Assembly: GCA_010093815.1 (NCBI GenBank)
Contig: ML996568.1
DNA from: Pseudovirgaria hyperparasitica
Taxonomy: Eukaryota
DNA length: 64,000 nucleotides
Direction: 5' to 3' (one strand)
Part shown: positions 11,954 to 24,399 of the stretch, piece after piece
Position numbering within the stretch: the stretch's first letter is position 1
Layout of the letters: every line of letters begins with the position of its first letter
Translations under genes and position numbers: made by a program
The notes under the pieces: model-generated
Databases searched by the model: none
What the model saw: only the letters and a program-made list of their open reading frames with translations
What the model was told of the DNA's origin: nothing

Positions 11954-14900
11954 CATCGATGATCATGATGCTGCTGCTGCTGCTGCTGCCGCCGCCGCTA
12001 CTGCTGCTGCGGCCCGGGTCTATGCTGATCGCTCATTCAGGCACAGCGTTTGCTCCGTTTCTAAGACGGGGGAGATGGGTTGTTTTGCACGACATTGCCT
12101 ATGACAGAGTACGACATGTGTGTGTGTGTGTGTGTATGTGTCCCAGCGCCCAGGATACCTTTATCGTGACACTTGCCAGACAGTTTCCGGTCCTCTGTGT
12201 CGGGGCCGGGATGGGCGAGGACGAGGACGAGGACGACAACGCGGCATCACACACGTTGCGTGTGTTTTCCTCAAGTGTCTTTGCGTGTAACATTGCCGTC
12301 GTCGTCGTACATGATGATGGCATGGCATGGCATCCCATTCCATCCCATTGTCCACTATAATAATACCTAGTACATACTACCAGCACCACCAGGGCAGTTC
12401 CCGGGAAGGACCGTTCCCTTGGCGCGGAAACCCCAAACAACAACAGGAAATTCCAACTGCTTGATCCAGCCATTCCACCACTTTACTTGCCTCCCGTGTG
12501 TCGTGTGTCAGGCTGATGCTGGGATTATCATTAACTTGGGGCGTGAGTGAGTGAGCACGACAGAGGAGGCGGCGGTGGCGGCGGCGGCAACTGGAACGCA
12601 TGGATGGAATTTGTACTGTCGGGACGGCCGTTGTGTCTCTCTCTCTCTCTCTCTTTTCCTTCCCAAGCTCACGGGAAAGCCGGGGCAGAGTATTAGCAGG
12701 CATGGATGGGGTATTACCAGGCATGGGCCCGGTACTACAAGGCATGGGGCAGGTATTACAGGGCATGCAATGCACTTGACTTGGGGCCGACGGCGGCAGT
12801 TTGGTTGGTCATAGCTAGCCCTGAAGTTGGGAAGAGTGTGGGGGTCTTCGGCCGAATGTGCAATCTACTACTACCTACTGTACTAGCGAGCCTAATGAAG
12901 TGTGTGTGACAGGCGCGCAGATTGAAGCACAGGCAGCGCACACCACGTCACATACCGCCCGGGAACTACCACGCCTTCAGCCTAGTCTAACGGGCACCCC
13001 CAGCCTGCTGGAATTGCAAATCCATGCATCACCTAATTACCTCCACCTACCACCAATTACCAACACACTACCATCTCTCCCTTATTTAATCACTTACCCT
13101 CGTCTCGTTGTTGTCACCCATGCGCCGCTCTGGCTGGATCCAGCAAAAACTGGCGAATATGGCTTTTTTGCCCAGGGAAGCAGGGAGCAGGGACTTGCCG
13201 CAGGGAGCAGGCTGTCAACTTAGTGCCCGCCCAATCATAGCTTAACCCACTCCCTCTCTCTCTCTCTCTCTCGCTCTCTCGTCCACTTCGTCGGGTCCTT
13301 CTTCTTCACACTTCACGCGGCACAACAGCCACATGTACATACACATGTACATGTATATATATATATATATGTACTTATATATACACATCTACACAAACTC
13401 ACGCGCGCACATTCTACAGAAGAATGTGTAAGCGTCTTGAATGTTCCTCACTGGCATCTCCGTAGTCTGTCCTCCACGTGGCTGGCCTCCTTTCTTTCTT
13501 TCCTTTCTCTCTCTTTTGTCCACGACTCCACACGCGCCCCCCTCGGGCCAACAGCGCGAACGGGCGCGCCGGGGCTGCTCAACGGTCATAGGCAAGCAAC
13601 CATTAATTAAGGTAACTAAAGTAGCCATATACTAACTAGCACCGGAGCCTCGTTGAGAGCACGGACAGGACAGCGCCGCGTCGACAAGAAAGACAAGGGC
13701 CAGGATGACAGGTTTGACAAGTCTGAGATAGATTAGCTATACGAGCTGTGTGTGTGTGTATGAACGAACTTGTAAGAAGAGGGGGAGGGGGGGCCGTATA
13801 GGGAGAAGCGTAGGAAGCGTTCCATTCTCGACTGTCAAAGTCGTATTGGTAGTAGCGGTAGCAGCATTATTATCACTATTCTTATTGTTATTACTATAAT
13901 AATAATAGTAATAACACACTACGACTACGACTACCACATGTGTACTTTGTTTTGTGGGTTTGTGCCAGGTCAATGACGAGGTGTGTGGACCGGGGGCAAC
14001 TTAAAGGGGGGCTATGGGCGCGGCATTGGTGTTACCCGTTTTGGAGCAGCCGACATGGATGGACATGGACGTGGACGTGGTAGAGAGTAGGTATCATTTA
14101 TTATAGAGGTGGTAGCGGTGGTAGAGGTGATTGTGGTGGTGGCAGATGGTGGCAGATGATGGTCGTCGTGGTGGTGAGAGTGCAGAGTGCAGCAGCAGCA
14201 GACAAGACACACAGACCCGTAAACAAGACAGGATGCGGCTGCATTACCGGGATCAGGCCGACGTTTGACCGCGGTTACCCTGTCTGGTCAATAAAGTATT
14301 TCAAATTCTGTCCAGTCCGAAGCTGATTGGCCAGAAGGGGGGGCTCCTTCCCCGCGGCGAACAAGGGTAAACAGAGAGAGGCCAGCATGATGCCTGAGCG
14401 CTGAGGCGGCAACTTTGGCGTAACAGTAACAGCAGAAAAACGTTGAACCAATGCTTCGGGTGCCTGCCCGTCTTGGATGCTTCGATGCTTGTTGTCACCA
14501 CCACCACCACCACTACTACTACCATAACAACCGCATTCACTTCAACATCCTACCTACTGCTGCACGGTATATTCTAATGCTACACCACTTACCACCATAT
14601 ATCCCCTTTTCCGCTTTCGTCCCTCTTGCCCTGCTTGTCCTTTTCGTCGTTGTCGTCGTCGTCGTCGTTGTCGATGTCGTGGCCTCTCGCTGCACTGGCA
14701 CAATTCACCACTTCCGGCCTAGCGCTGGCAGGATCTGGCTTTCGGAACTTGCACAGCTGATATATTATTCGTATGAGGATGAGCATGCTTGAGGATGATC
14801 GATCTCGCATCTTGCATCTGCCTCGCATGGGACTGCGATAGCCGCCCTCCTCTGATCAGGCAGGGAGGGAGAGAGTGAGACGAGTAAAACTTGCAAGCAA

Positions 14901-16872
14901 ATGCCTGTCTGCCTAGGGACCCTTGCCCTGGACGACTTGCCAAACAACCTTACTATCCACGGGTCCCGTCTATCTATTAACAACTAACAACAACTAACAA
15001 TAACTTACCCCCTATCCATATTCATTCTTTTCTGCTTGTCAACCTTTACTCCTGCATCCTCTAGCCCTGCTTCATCCTTCTATCCCTTCATGCCTACCAC
15101 CACCGCTGTTAATATTATTATTGATCCTTACTCTTACGACCGAAAGAGCGGATCCTTACAATTCTGTCCTTCTGTGTAATAATCAAAACTCATCACACAC
15201 TGCCTGTCAGTGTGAGCGCTCTGTCGGATCTGCCCTCCGCTAGCCCCTCTCAATATAAGCCTCATCTTCAATGGAGCACAAAGACAGCCACGCTTCCGAT
15301 AAAACTGCGACACGCCGACTTGCTGTTTCCGTGTGCCGCTTCCGCTACCTAACTAGCTGTAATCCTCCTCTTCCGTACGTATACCACCTTGTCGTCGCTT
15401 GCTGGTCCACTGCCAGCCAACCAGCCTGCCTGCCGAGGTCTGTGTAATGGCTGGCTTGCTGGCTTGCTGCCCGCCCGGATCATGTTTTGCGGCCGTGTCC
15501 ATTGGGATGCGTGGGGGGAATGAAAGCATTACTCGGCCAGCGCCATCATGTTTTTTCTCCGCATTCACCCTGCCTGACTCGGCCTTCGTTGACGTTGACG
15601 TTGACGGAACGGGCTTCCTGGCGCTCTGCGGGAGGCCAAACCATCACGAAACCTTCGTGCAGCCTGCCAATCATGTCTCCCTACACTTTTATCATTTTGA
15701 CTACCACCACCCCGGTGCCACACGGTCTTGAGTCTATCTATACATATCCGCTACTCCAAACTCTCCCTGGTCATGATACATCATACCCTCAATCACGGAT
15801 TGAGGACGTCTTGATGCTTGTCGTCGTCGTCGTTGTTGTTGTTTTGGTGCTTTGTGGTTCGTCCGAGCAGGCATTCCTCATACTATCATCATCTATGTAC
15901 GAGGACGATCCGCCGCGGGAGAATGGAAATGACCACAACCCTGACGCCAGCATTGACGACTGCCAGGGGATGAATGGATGGGGCAAGGGGAGGGGGGGCC
16001 CCCCCCTGGGTGCGTCTCGAGTGTACGAGTCCTGACCCAGACGTACCCTAGACACCCGCGATGTGCTACATGGGCTTGTATCCATGGCCTGCAGCATCTC
16101 GCTCCCAGCGATCTGGAATTTCCTCAGCCTTTCTCCCCTGCTCGCCCAAAGCAGCCTCCGTGACGAGTGTGCTTGTGTATATGGGTCTGCACGCCCTCCA
16201 CCAACTACTACAACTATTACTACTACTACTACTACTGCCTCATCCTCTACTCTCTCTCACACATTCAATTCTCTCCAAACAAATCACCCGTCGCCGTCTC
16301 GACTGCACGCTCCCGTCAACTCTACTTCGCCCTTCCACATAGATCGATCTCGTCAACGCCCGTCTTCCCATTAGCCTCCCTTGCCGTCCGCACCAGTCTC
16401 CTACTAGACTTTCAGATCGCCCTTCACTGCCAGCGTCTCTTTAGGCCTGCGCCATCACGCCCAAAAAGGTGTCCAACGTCTTGCTCCTCGGCCTTGCTGC
16501 AGTGACTGTTTCTGTCCTAGTCCTGCTCCATCCGTAAGTCTACTACCGTCTACCCCATCGCCTACGCATCAAGTGTGTGCTCTTCTTATATCGCCCGCTG
16601 CGTCCTGTTGATCAAAGCTTCCACTAACACAAACCCTCAGTTACAGCCTACGACAACTCGGACCACAGTCAGCTACCCGGTCCTGCACGCTCCAACGTTG
16701 AACCAAAGGTAAACAAATCATTTCTCTTGCGCCGTCTAGTGACCAGAGTGTCCATTCTCTTTTGGATCTCTGTCGCAATCTCACTTACGCTGTTACTATT
16801 TCTTTGCTTGATAGACCACCACCGAATCGACACTAACTCACTTGTATAGTCTTGAATATTTCTGCAGATAAT

Positions 16873-18111
16873 ATGGTCAACCAACGTCGTGGTCCTTGGA
16901 CCCAGCAGGAAGATCTATATCTTCTCCAGCTCGTGCAGCGCGATGGTGCCTCAAACTGGGTCCGCATCTCACATTCCATCGGAAGCCGGTCGCCCAAGCA
17001 ATGCCGGGAACGCTTCCACCAGAACCTGAAACCCACCCTGAACCACGACCCCATCACCCCAGAGGAAGGCGAGCAGATTGAGAAGATGGTGCAAGAAATG
17101 GGCAAGCGATGGGCTGAGATTGCGAGGAGGCTAAAGGGCCGAAGCGACAACGCGGTGAAGAACTGGTGGAACGGAGGTCAGAACAGGCGACGACGCGGAG
17201 CCGATCACCGCCAGTCCGACAGCAGCGATATGCACGCATACACACTCGACCACCACCACATTGACAGCAGTCGCCGCCCTTCGCTCCCCGTTCTCGACAC
17301 CCGATCCTCCTCCTCCTCCTCCACCTCCTCTTCCGCCTTCCCAAACCCAGCATACTACGCCCAGCCCTCACAAGCCCGCTACGCCCTCCCGCCAGCAACA
17401 CATTTCCCCTCATATCCACACCCGGGCCAACGCCCTGCCCCCATCAGCATCCACGCCGCCCAGCAATCCAGCCGGCCCGGCTACGCATTCGACACCCCCA
17501 TGCCCTCACCCTCCGTCTCCGTCATCTCCGGCGAAGGCGCGCCCCCTTCCCTCGTCACAGACTCCGGCTCCGAATCCCGCTCGCCACACTACTCCACCTC
17601 GCCAAACGAAATCTACACCCTGCCTCCTTCTTCTTCTTCCTCGTCCTCCCTTGCCCCACGCTCTCAGCGCAGGCGCTCCAGCATCCTCCGTTATCTGCCC
17701 AAATCCGGTGCTGAACTCGGCGGCGACGACGATGCGGTGTTCAAGAAACTCCACCTTGCGCCCATTGCTCATCATGACGTTGACTCGCCCCCGCTTGCAA
17801 TCTTGACTCCCGCGCCCGCCTACCACCACCAACAGCATCACCACCACCAATATCAGCACCAGCACCACCAACAACAACAGCTCCTCCTCCCAAGCCCGCA
17901 ACACATGGTCCGCGGCGTCCCGGCCGAGCAGCAGCACTTCCCCCAACTGCCTAGCCCGCGCGAGATGGAGAAGCCCGTCTTCCGCGATCCAAACTATGCG
18001 TCCTGCTGGTCACATACAAATACGAATACGAATACCCACACAGTGACGAGAACGCCGCCGCTGCCTGCTGTGGAGCCGAAGAAGATGGCTCTGTCGTCGA
18101 TTCTGGCTTGA
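16873..18111 (+). CDS. flbD: R2R3-type Myb transcription factor, FlbD/rca-1-like (developmental/conidiation regulator)
   Basis: N-terminal RRGPWTQQED..NWVRIS..RSPKQCRERFHQNLKPTLNHDPITPEEG..GKRWAEIARRL.GRSDNAVKNWWNG is the FlbD-type double Myb repeat. It is followed by a low-complexity S/P/H/Q tail. First in-frame ATG at 16873; single coding exon. Confidence 0.9.
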   Translation: MVNQRRGPWTQQEDLYLLQLVQRDGASNWVRISHSIGSRSPKQCRERFHQNLKPTLNHDPITPEEGEQIEKMVQEMGKRWAEIARRLKGRSDNAVKNWWNGGQNRRRRGADHRQSDSSDMHAYTLDHHHIDSSRRPSLPVLDTRSSSSSSTSSSAFPNPAYYAQPSQARYALPPATHFPSYPHPGQRPAPISIHAAQQSSRPGYAFDTPMPSPSVSVISGEGAPPSLVTDSGSESRSPHYSTSPNEIYTLPPSSSSSSSLAPRSQRRRSSILRYLPKSGAELGGDDDAVFKKLHLAPIAHHDVDSPPLAILTPAPAYHHQQHHHHQYQHQHHQQQQLLLPSPQHMVRGVPAEQQHFPQLPSPREMEKPVFRDPNYASCWSHTNTNTNTHTVTRTPPLPAVEPKKMALSSILA

Positions 18112-21100
18112 TCTTCTTGCTTGTGGGTTTGTCTTGGAGGAGGAGGTTGTTGTTGTTGTTGTATGTGCTTATTGGATGGACTATTACTACTACTGTATGT
18201 GGAAAAACCTGTTTTGGTCGTTCTGGGTGTTTTTTTGGGGGGGGTGATTTGATACATATATATATATATATCTGTACGTCTGACATGAGCGTGGCGAGCG
18301 TGGGCGTTGGGATGGTGTTTTGTTCGTGTGCGTTCTTGCGTCTTGCGGCTTGGGCTTTGCAATGCAATGCGATGGAGAAGCTTTTGTTTCTGAAGGGCTT
18401 CTTGTTGCCGATTTTTTGTGGGCCTGGATGATGGGGATGGGGATGGGGATGGGGATGGGGATCAATCACATTTGTGTTTGTTGTTTTCCTTTGCAAAGCA
18501 TATCGTTTTACCATACTATACCATACTATACCATTATCGTTATCGTTGTCGTTGTCGTTATCGGTATCGTTGCTTATATAACATTGTTGCATTGCTGTTA
18601 TATCGTTGTTATTGTTGTCTTACGACGCCTTCTCTTGTTTCTGTGCCTTTTTTTGGGGGCTAGAGGGTTGGGCTGGAGGGGTGATGGAGATATATGTGTC
18701 CATATGGTATGGGTATGGATTTGTGTATAGGCGGACATGCTTGGGTGTAGATGATGTATATGCGCATATGTACGCATTTTTAGATATATGAGTGTTTGAG
18801 TGTTTGTTTTGAATGTTATTGAATCCACTACTAAATGCCCGATGCTAGTCTAATCATCCATGTAATCCATCAAGTAGTTAATCTTACTGTGTGGTACTTG
18901 CAATAAATATCAAGAACATCATTTGCCAAAATGAGTATATATTGTAGGTGCATTACTCTGTATGATCTATGTTATATATTCTATGTATATTCTATGCATC
19001 TTCTATACGTTTCGTCAAGAATATAGAACTGTCTATCAAGACTCGGTTTCTTGGGAGTGATTACTATACTACTGTATACTGTATACTACGGTATGCCTTC
19101 CGTGCCCTACTGGGAAAGGACAGTACAAGACAGGCTAGGACAGAACATACAGGCTAGGACAGTACAGAACAGCATAGGCTAAGTGCACATCGCGGATGAT
19201 GCCGCTGCTCAGCGTCATCGAAGGTGGGTAAGTAAGTAAGTAAGGGTGTGATAGTTACTACTGTCAGTTTCAGCGTCGGGCTCTTTGGGCTGAGCTGGGT
19301 TGGGCTCGTCCGGTGGTAGATATGAACGGACGGACAGACGAACGGACAGACGAACGGACAGACATACAGACCGTGGGGGGTTTCGAGGGTCGAGGTTCAA
19401 GCCTCAAATCCCCAAGCCTCAAAACCGCGAGGCAATTAGATATCCGCGAGTTCGATCCATGTACATGTTTATAGTGTATTTACCACCCACGATCGCTGGC
19501 TGGCGGGGGGCTGGGCGGGCGACAAAGGCACGAGGACGGCGACATAGGCAACATCGCATCAACTCCCCCGAATGATATCCTTTTCCGGACGTCTGCATCG
19601 ACAGTCGACGTCCCAAGTCTGCGCCTGCGACCGCATTCATCGAGTGGTGCTTACTCGAGTCTCGAGGCTCGAGGCTCGAAGAGGGACCCCCCTCCCCCCG
19701 TTTACCTCTCACCACCACCACTACCGTCCTGTATCATCATCGTACTGCATCATCTCGCACGCTCTAGCGCCGCCGACGAGTCGAAAAGAAGCGCCAACGG
19801 TCGCCTGGCTAAGCTGGCCGATACGAGGTGCTAGGTGCAGGTCGAGGTCGCTAAGGTTTGCAGGAGCAATTTTTGCGAAAAATAAAAGATGGCTGATTTG
19901 CCGATTTGGGACGAGCCGGAGGCGGCGGTCTCGTGGGCACTAGAAGCATAAGCGACCCCCCGCGAGGACGACGGCGGAATTCCTGCTTGTCGATCATGCC
20001 GTATTCTTCAATCTGACGGCGGCGGGCTGGATCAGCGCGCGCGCGTCGTCGTCGTGCGATGGGCGGCGCGGCGGGGGGCCCGACCGATGAGATCGGGCAC
20101 TCTCACTGCCAGACGTTGGGGACGGCGCGCGATGCAATGCGACGGCGATGCTGCCGACGCATGGCATAGCATAGCATACGACGCCAAGCGCATCCGTCCA
20201 TGGACTGGCGTCGCGCTCCCGGCCGTTTCGCGATAGGCCGGCGCCAGTGGACGTTTTGTGGTTTGATGCGCTCTGGTAGTCATGCCGGGGGCAGATCGTG
20301 TTTTGGGTGGTGTCAACAACGCTGAAGCCTGACGACAAGTGGTGATCCCGCCACTCCCTGGGACCAAGCTCATGAAGGTGCAGCGGGGCGAGAGTTTCGA
20401 TCCTGAAGCCGCTCTATTGTTTTGGACGACATGGCATGAAGATGCGATGCCTGCCCTGGCCTGCCCTGCCCTGCCTTGGGTGTGCTGTAATGCATGAAGC
20501 CAGGTCAAAGTCTATTCGTATCTCTCCACAGATACGGTAGTTGCCGCAGCCACGTCTCGTTTCGCTCAAGCCTGTCTATCTGTCGTCGAGGCGCGAGGCT
20601 TGCATTGCCCGTTCAGGCGATTCTCTTCGAAGCACGCGTCCAGGGCTTTTTCCGGGTGTCGTTCTCCACACTCTCTATACACAACGAGCGGCGAGCGCAT
20701 CGGCCGAGGCGTGGGTGGACGTGTTCCCACTCCAGTGAGTGGTTCCGACGGGAGAGGTCCAGCCGTGTCCTTTTCGAAGCCGCTGGAGGCGTTGCCTTAT
20801 TGCTGATGTGGGGAAGCCGAGGATGCCCAGATCTACCATCCTCCTAGGCCATAACTATAACACAGACTATACAAGCATGCGGCTGCTCCAGTATCGCTAG
20901 AATGGAGGTTTCCGTGCGTCGTTGTTCTTTTTTCTCGCCATTCTCGCCAGGCTCGCCAGGCATTTTGCTTCGCCGAGGCAGCAATGCCAATTTCAGCGGC
21001 CACTGGGAGACGAGACGCACGACGGAATGCGCTACGGCCTGGCCGAGGCGTGAACGAGAGGGTATATTGATTCCTTGAGATATTACAGACTTATCAGAAT

Positions 21101-21626
21101 CGACCACTGAAAGGATTCATGTCGACCGTTGCGCTTTCGGAAGTCCTACCTGCCGGTCGTGTCCCCCGCGATCTAGAACATCAACGTACAAGTGACTAAG
21201 TCTGCATCATCACATACATTACGAGGCCGACTCATCTCACGTCATATCAATCGCACCCGACCAGAAGGCTGCTCTCGCGACTCTCGCTGACACGTTCGGA
21301 GGAAGAAAGATGTTTTGTGATTGTTGTTGTTCTGTAGAAAGTGGGCGGAAGTCGCGGAATTAGACTTCATTAGCGTGTAATTTCACATCTCTTGGCACCC
21401 CCGAAATGGATGACCTCACGTCCTCGTGTTGTATGTGAACGCATGTTTGGCATCAATCCACGGGTAATCCGCATCACATTCTCAGCAACAACACAACGGT
21501 GTATCATCAGATGGACCCTATGGAGAGACTTGTTGTATATGTGTCTCGATAACATATGTGGTTGATACCTGAGCTCATCATCCTTTCGTGCAGGGCTCCT
21601 TTGCGGATCAGTACAGGGTGATACAG

Positions 21627-23709
21627 ATGTCCGGATCCTATCAACCCAGTCCCGATGCGGAAACTCAGCCACCATGGACAACAGCATTCTTAGTTGGGTT
21701 GACGATATGTGATGCCTGCTGTCTCATACTGACCCTGTGTGCAGTCACAACGCGACGTAGCGTTCGAGCTCCCCATTGATTTCATCACCAAGCCCGGTGT
21801 CTCATTGACTGCGGCTTGCTTTGCGAGCAACCGGTTCGAAGACGATGCAATCAAACTATGCGTCTCGAATCTATTGGCGATGGGATTCAAAAGGTTGGTA
21901 GTGGACCTCTACTGGGATGCCGGTCGGGCCGTCTGGAGTCTATGTCCAGCAGAGGTACCGGAATCGGCGTCGACAGGAGATGACACATCCATCGCCAGTG
22001 CACCTTCATCAAGGTCGACGGCTTTCATCGCAAGTGGTGTGCTATCAGACGACCAGACTGGGTCACCACCAGCTCCCACCGAAGCTGGGGCCGCAAAAGT
22101 CATGGCGAGACAAGACTCGTCCGCAGGTCTATCAGGATCGAATTCCCCATCAGAGATCAGTTCTCCTGTAAGCTCGACGACGACCACCATAGTGACATCT
22201 CCTTCGCCTATGGCAACATATGTCTCTAGTAGTAATGGCAATGACGAAACGCTGCTTCAGATCGGGCCCTACAGCTGCACAGCTACAAGCAGCCTATCCC
22301 TGCTTGCAGACATCCTATATGGATACTTTCAAGCGTCCGAAACTACAGTCGTTGTCGATCTAACCATCCTTGAACTCAACATACATGCTGCTGCATCAAG
22401 CTCGAACCCTAGCAGTCCGGCAGCATCTCCCGCCGATTCTCAACTCCCTCAGGGCACCCAGCTGCTAAGTGGCGCACTCAATGCGAACCTGTCCGCAAAT
22501 ATATACACCCCAACAATGCTCGACATCGATCGCGCGAACCTCAACCAAAGCTGGTTCGAGATCCCTGGCCCGGACGCACCTATCATCCCCTATCTTACCC
22601 TCGAAAAAGACGGCAACACCTACTCGACGCCTTCAGGATGGCCCACGGAGACCTTCACCAACTTCGACCGGTACTCCCGGATGATTGCGTACATCGGCAG
22701 AGTGGACCCCCAGATGTCGAACTACAACTTCAGCGGAGACGCAGATACCATCTTCATGTCTGGGACCATGGAAGCAGTGCGAAACGTTACACTCAGCACC
22801 GACGGTGCCATACGCTCAGGATGCTTCTTTGACAGAACAGTCCCCGCAATCACAGAAGCCACAAACAACTCCTGGGCTGTCACCTCAAACCTGAACATCC
22901 CCGCGAGCGGAACCCTCAGCGACAGCACCTTCTCCACCCTATCCAACCTCTCGTCCTGCGGCATCTCCTCGCTCCTCAACCAGACGCTCGCAGGCCAGTC
23001 CGCCGACACAGACCCAGCCACATACCGCGCCTTTGCCAACGCAGCAACAATCTGGTCCTGGGCCCCCGACCAGCCCAACACCACCGACCCAGCCAGCAAA
23101 GACGACACCAACAACAGCATCAACTTCGACGACAACAACGACGACACCACCGGCCAACAAGGCCTCCTCTGCGCCGCCCTCTACCCCTCCCTCAACGGCC
23201 GCTGGAAAGCAACAAACTGCCAATCCCACCACCACGCCGCCTGCCGCATCGCCTCCCAGCCCTACGCCTGGACCCTCTCCCCCTCCCCAGGCCCCTTCAC
23301 CGACTTCGCCTCCCCCTCCCGCTGCCCGCCAAACAGCTCCTTTAGCGCTCCCCGCTCCGCCCTCGAAAACACCTGGCTTCTCTCCCTCCTCATCGCCGAC
23401 ACCGACGAAGACCATCACACCACCCGCAACGCCTCAGACCCCATCTTCATCAACTTCCAAGCCATCGACCGTCCAGACTGCTGGGTCGTCGGCGTAAACA
23501 CCACGTGCCCCTACCTCGAGGACCCAAACGAGATTCGCACCCGCACCGTCGTCGTGCCTGCCGTCGCGGCCGTCGTCATCTTTGCCGTTGCGGCGCTCAT
23601 GTTCTTCATCAAGTGTGCGTCGAATCGCAGGAATGCGAGGCGCGGGAGGCGGCGGAGAGGGAGTGTCGGTGGGGCGGATCGCGGGGATTATGAGGGTGTG
23701 CCGAGTTGA
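21627..23709 (+). CDS. MTC6: Mtc6-like protein with a Cys-rich, C-type-lectin-like C-terminal region and a single C-terminal TM helix; exons 21627-21692 and 21745-23709
   Basis: SQRDV..PIDFITKPGVSL, GFKRLVVDLYWD..WSLCP, WSWAPDQP, GRW..NC..HHAACR, F.APRSALEN, CWVVG..CPY, then a hydrophobic VVVPAVAAVVIFAVAALMFFIKC and a basic tail. A 52-nt GT-AG intron joins the frames. Confidence 0.75.
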
Positions 23710-24399
23710 GGCTCCTCTTGAGAGATGGTGGATATGACATGACATGGGGTGTCTTGTTTGCTCGTCTTTTGGTGTCGGGTCGATGGCTTAGCTTCGCTCA
23801 TGTGTGGGAGACGAGACGTGTGTTACGACTGCAATTGTACACTAACTATACTTTTCGTCATTCGAAAGAAGGCATTCATTGAGGAGACATCAACATGATA
23901 TCCGAAGCCGTCGCAGTGCACTTGTAGCAAGTCAGCGGCCCATGGGACATACCGAGCCATGGCTCCCTCCACAGCGCATCTGCCGCTATGTTCATATCAC
24001 GACGGACGTACATACAACTAGTCAAGAGCAGTGCATCATGTCACATGTACACATAACAACAGCCAGCATATTAAGAGAAAGGTAAGGTAATATATTCAAA
24101 TTGACCAAAATACCTAAATTTCAGCCATTCGTACATGAATTCAGATAGGATAGGGAGGGAGAGAGGGAGGGAGGAAGGGAACGAGAGAGAGAGAAAGAGA
24201 GAGAGAGAGAGACCAGAACCACCAAGCAATGCCAAACGTCCATCCATAAAACACACCAATTCCGACACTGGAATATAGGGACGATAACCCGAGAACGAAG
24301 AAACCAAATCGCTGAACCCCTGCGTGTGTGATTCTCATACCAAACAAACACTATCATACAACAACGCCAAACAATCTATCCAAAACCCAAATACCTCAT

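Noticed and set aside
5246..16505. Dozens of 60-170-aa ORFs in the long intergenic tract
   Set aside because: Their translations are driven by microsatellites (EAEAEA, HTYIHT, LDAGCWM), with no domain motifs or coherent exon chains.
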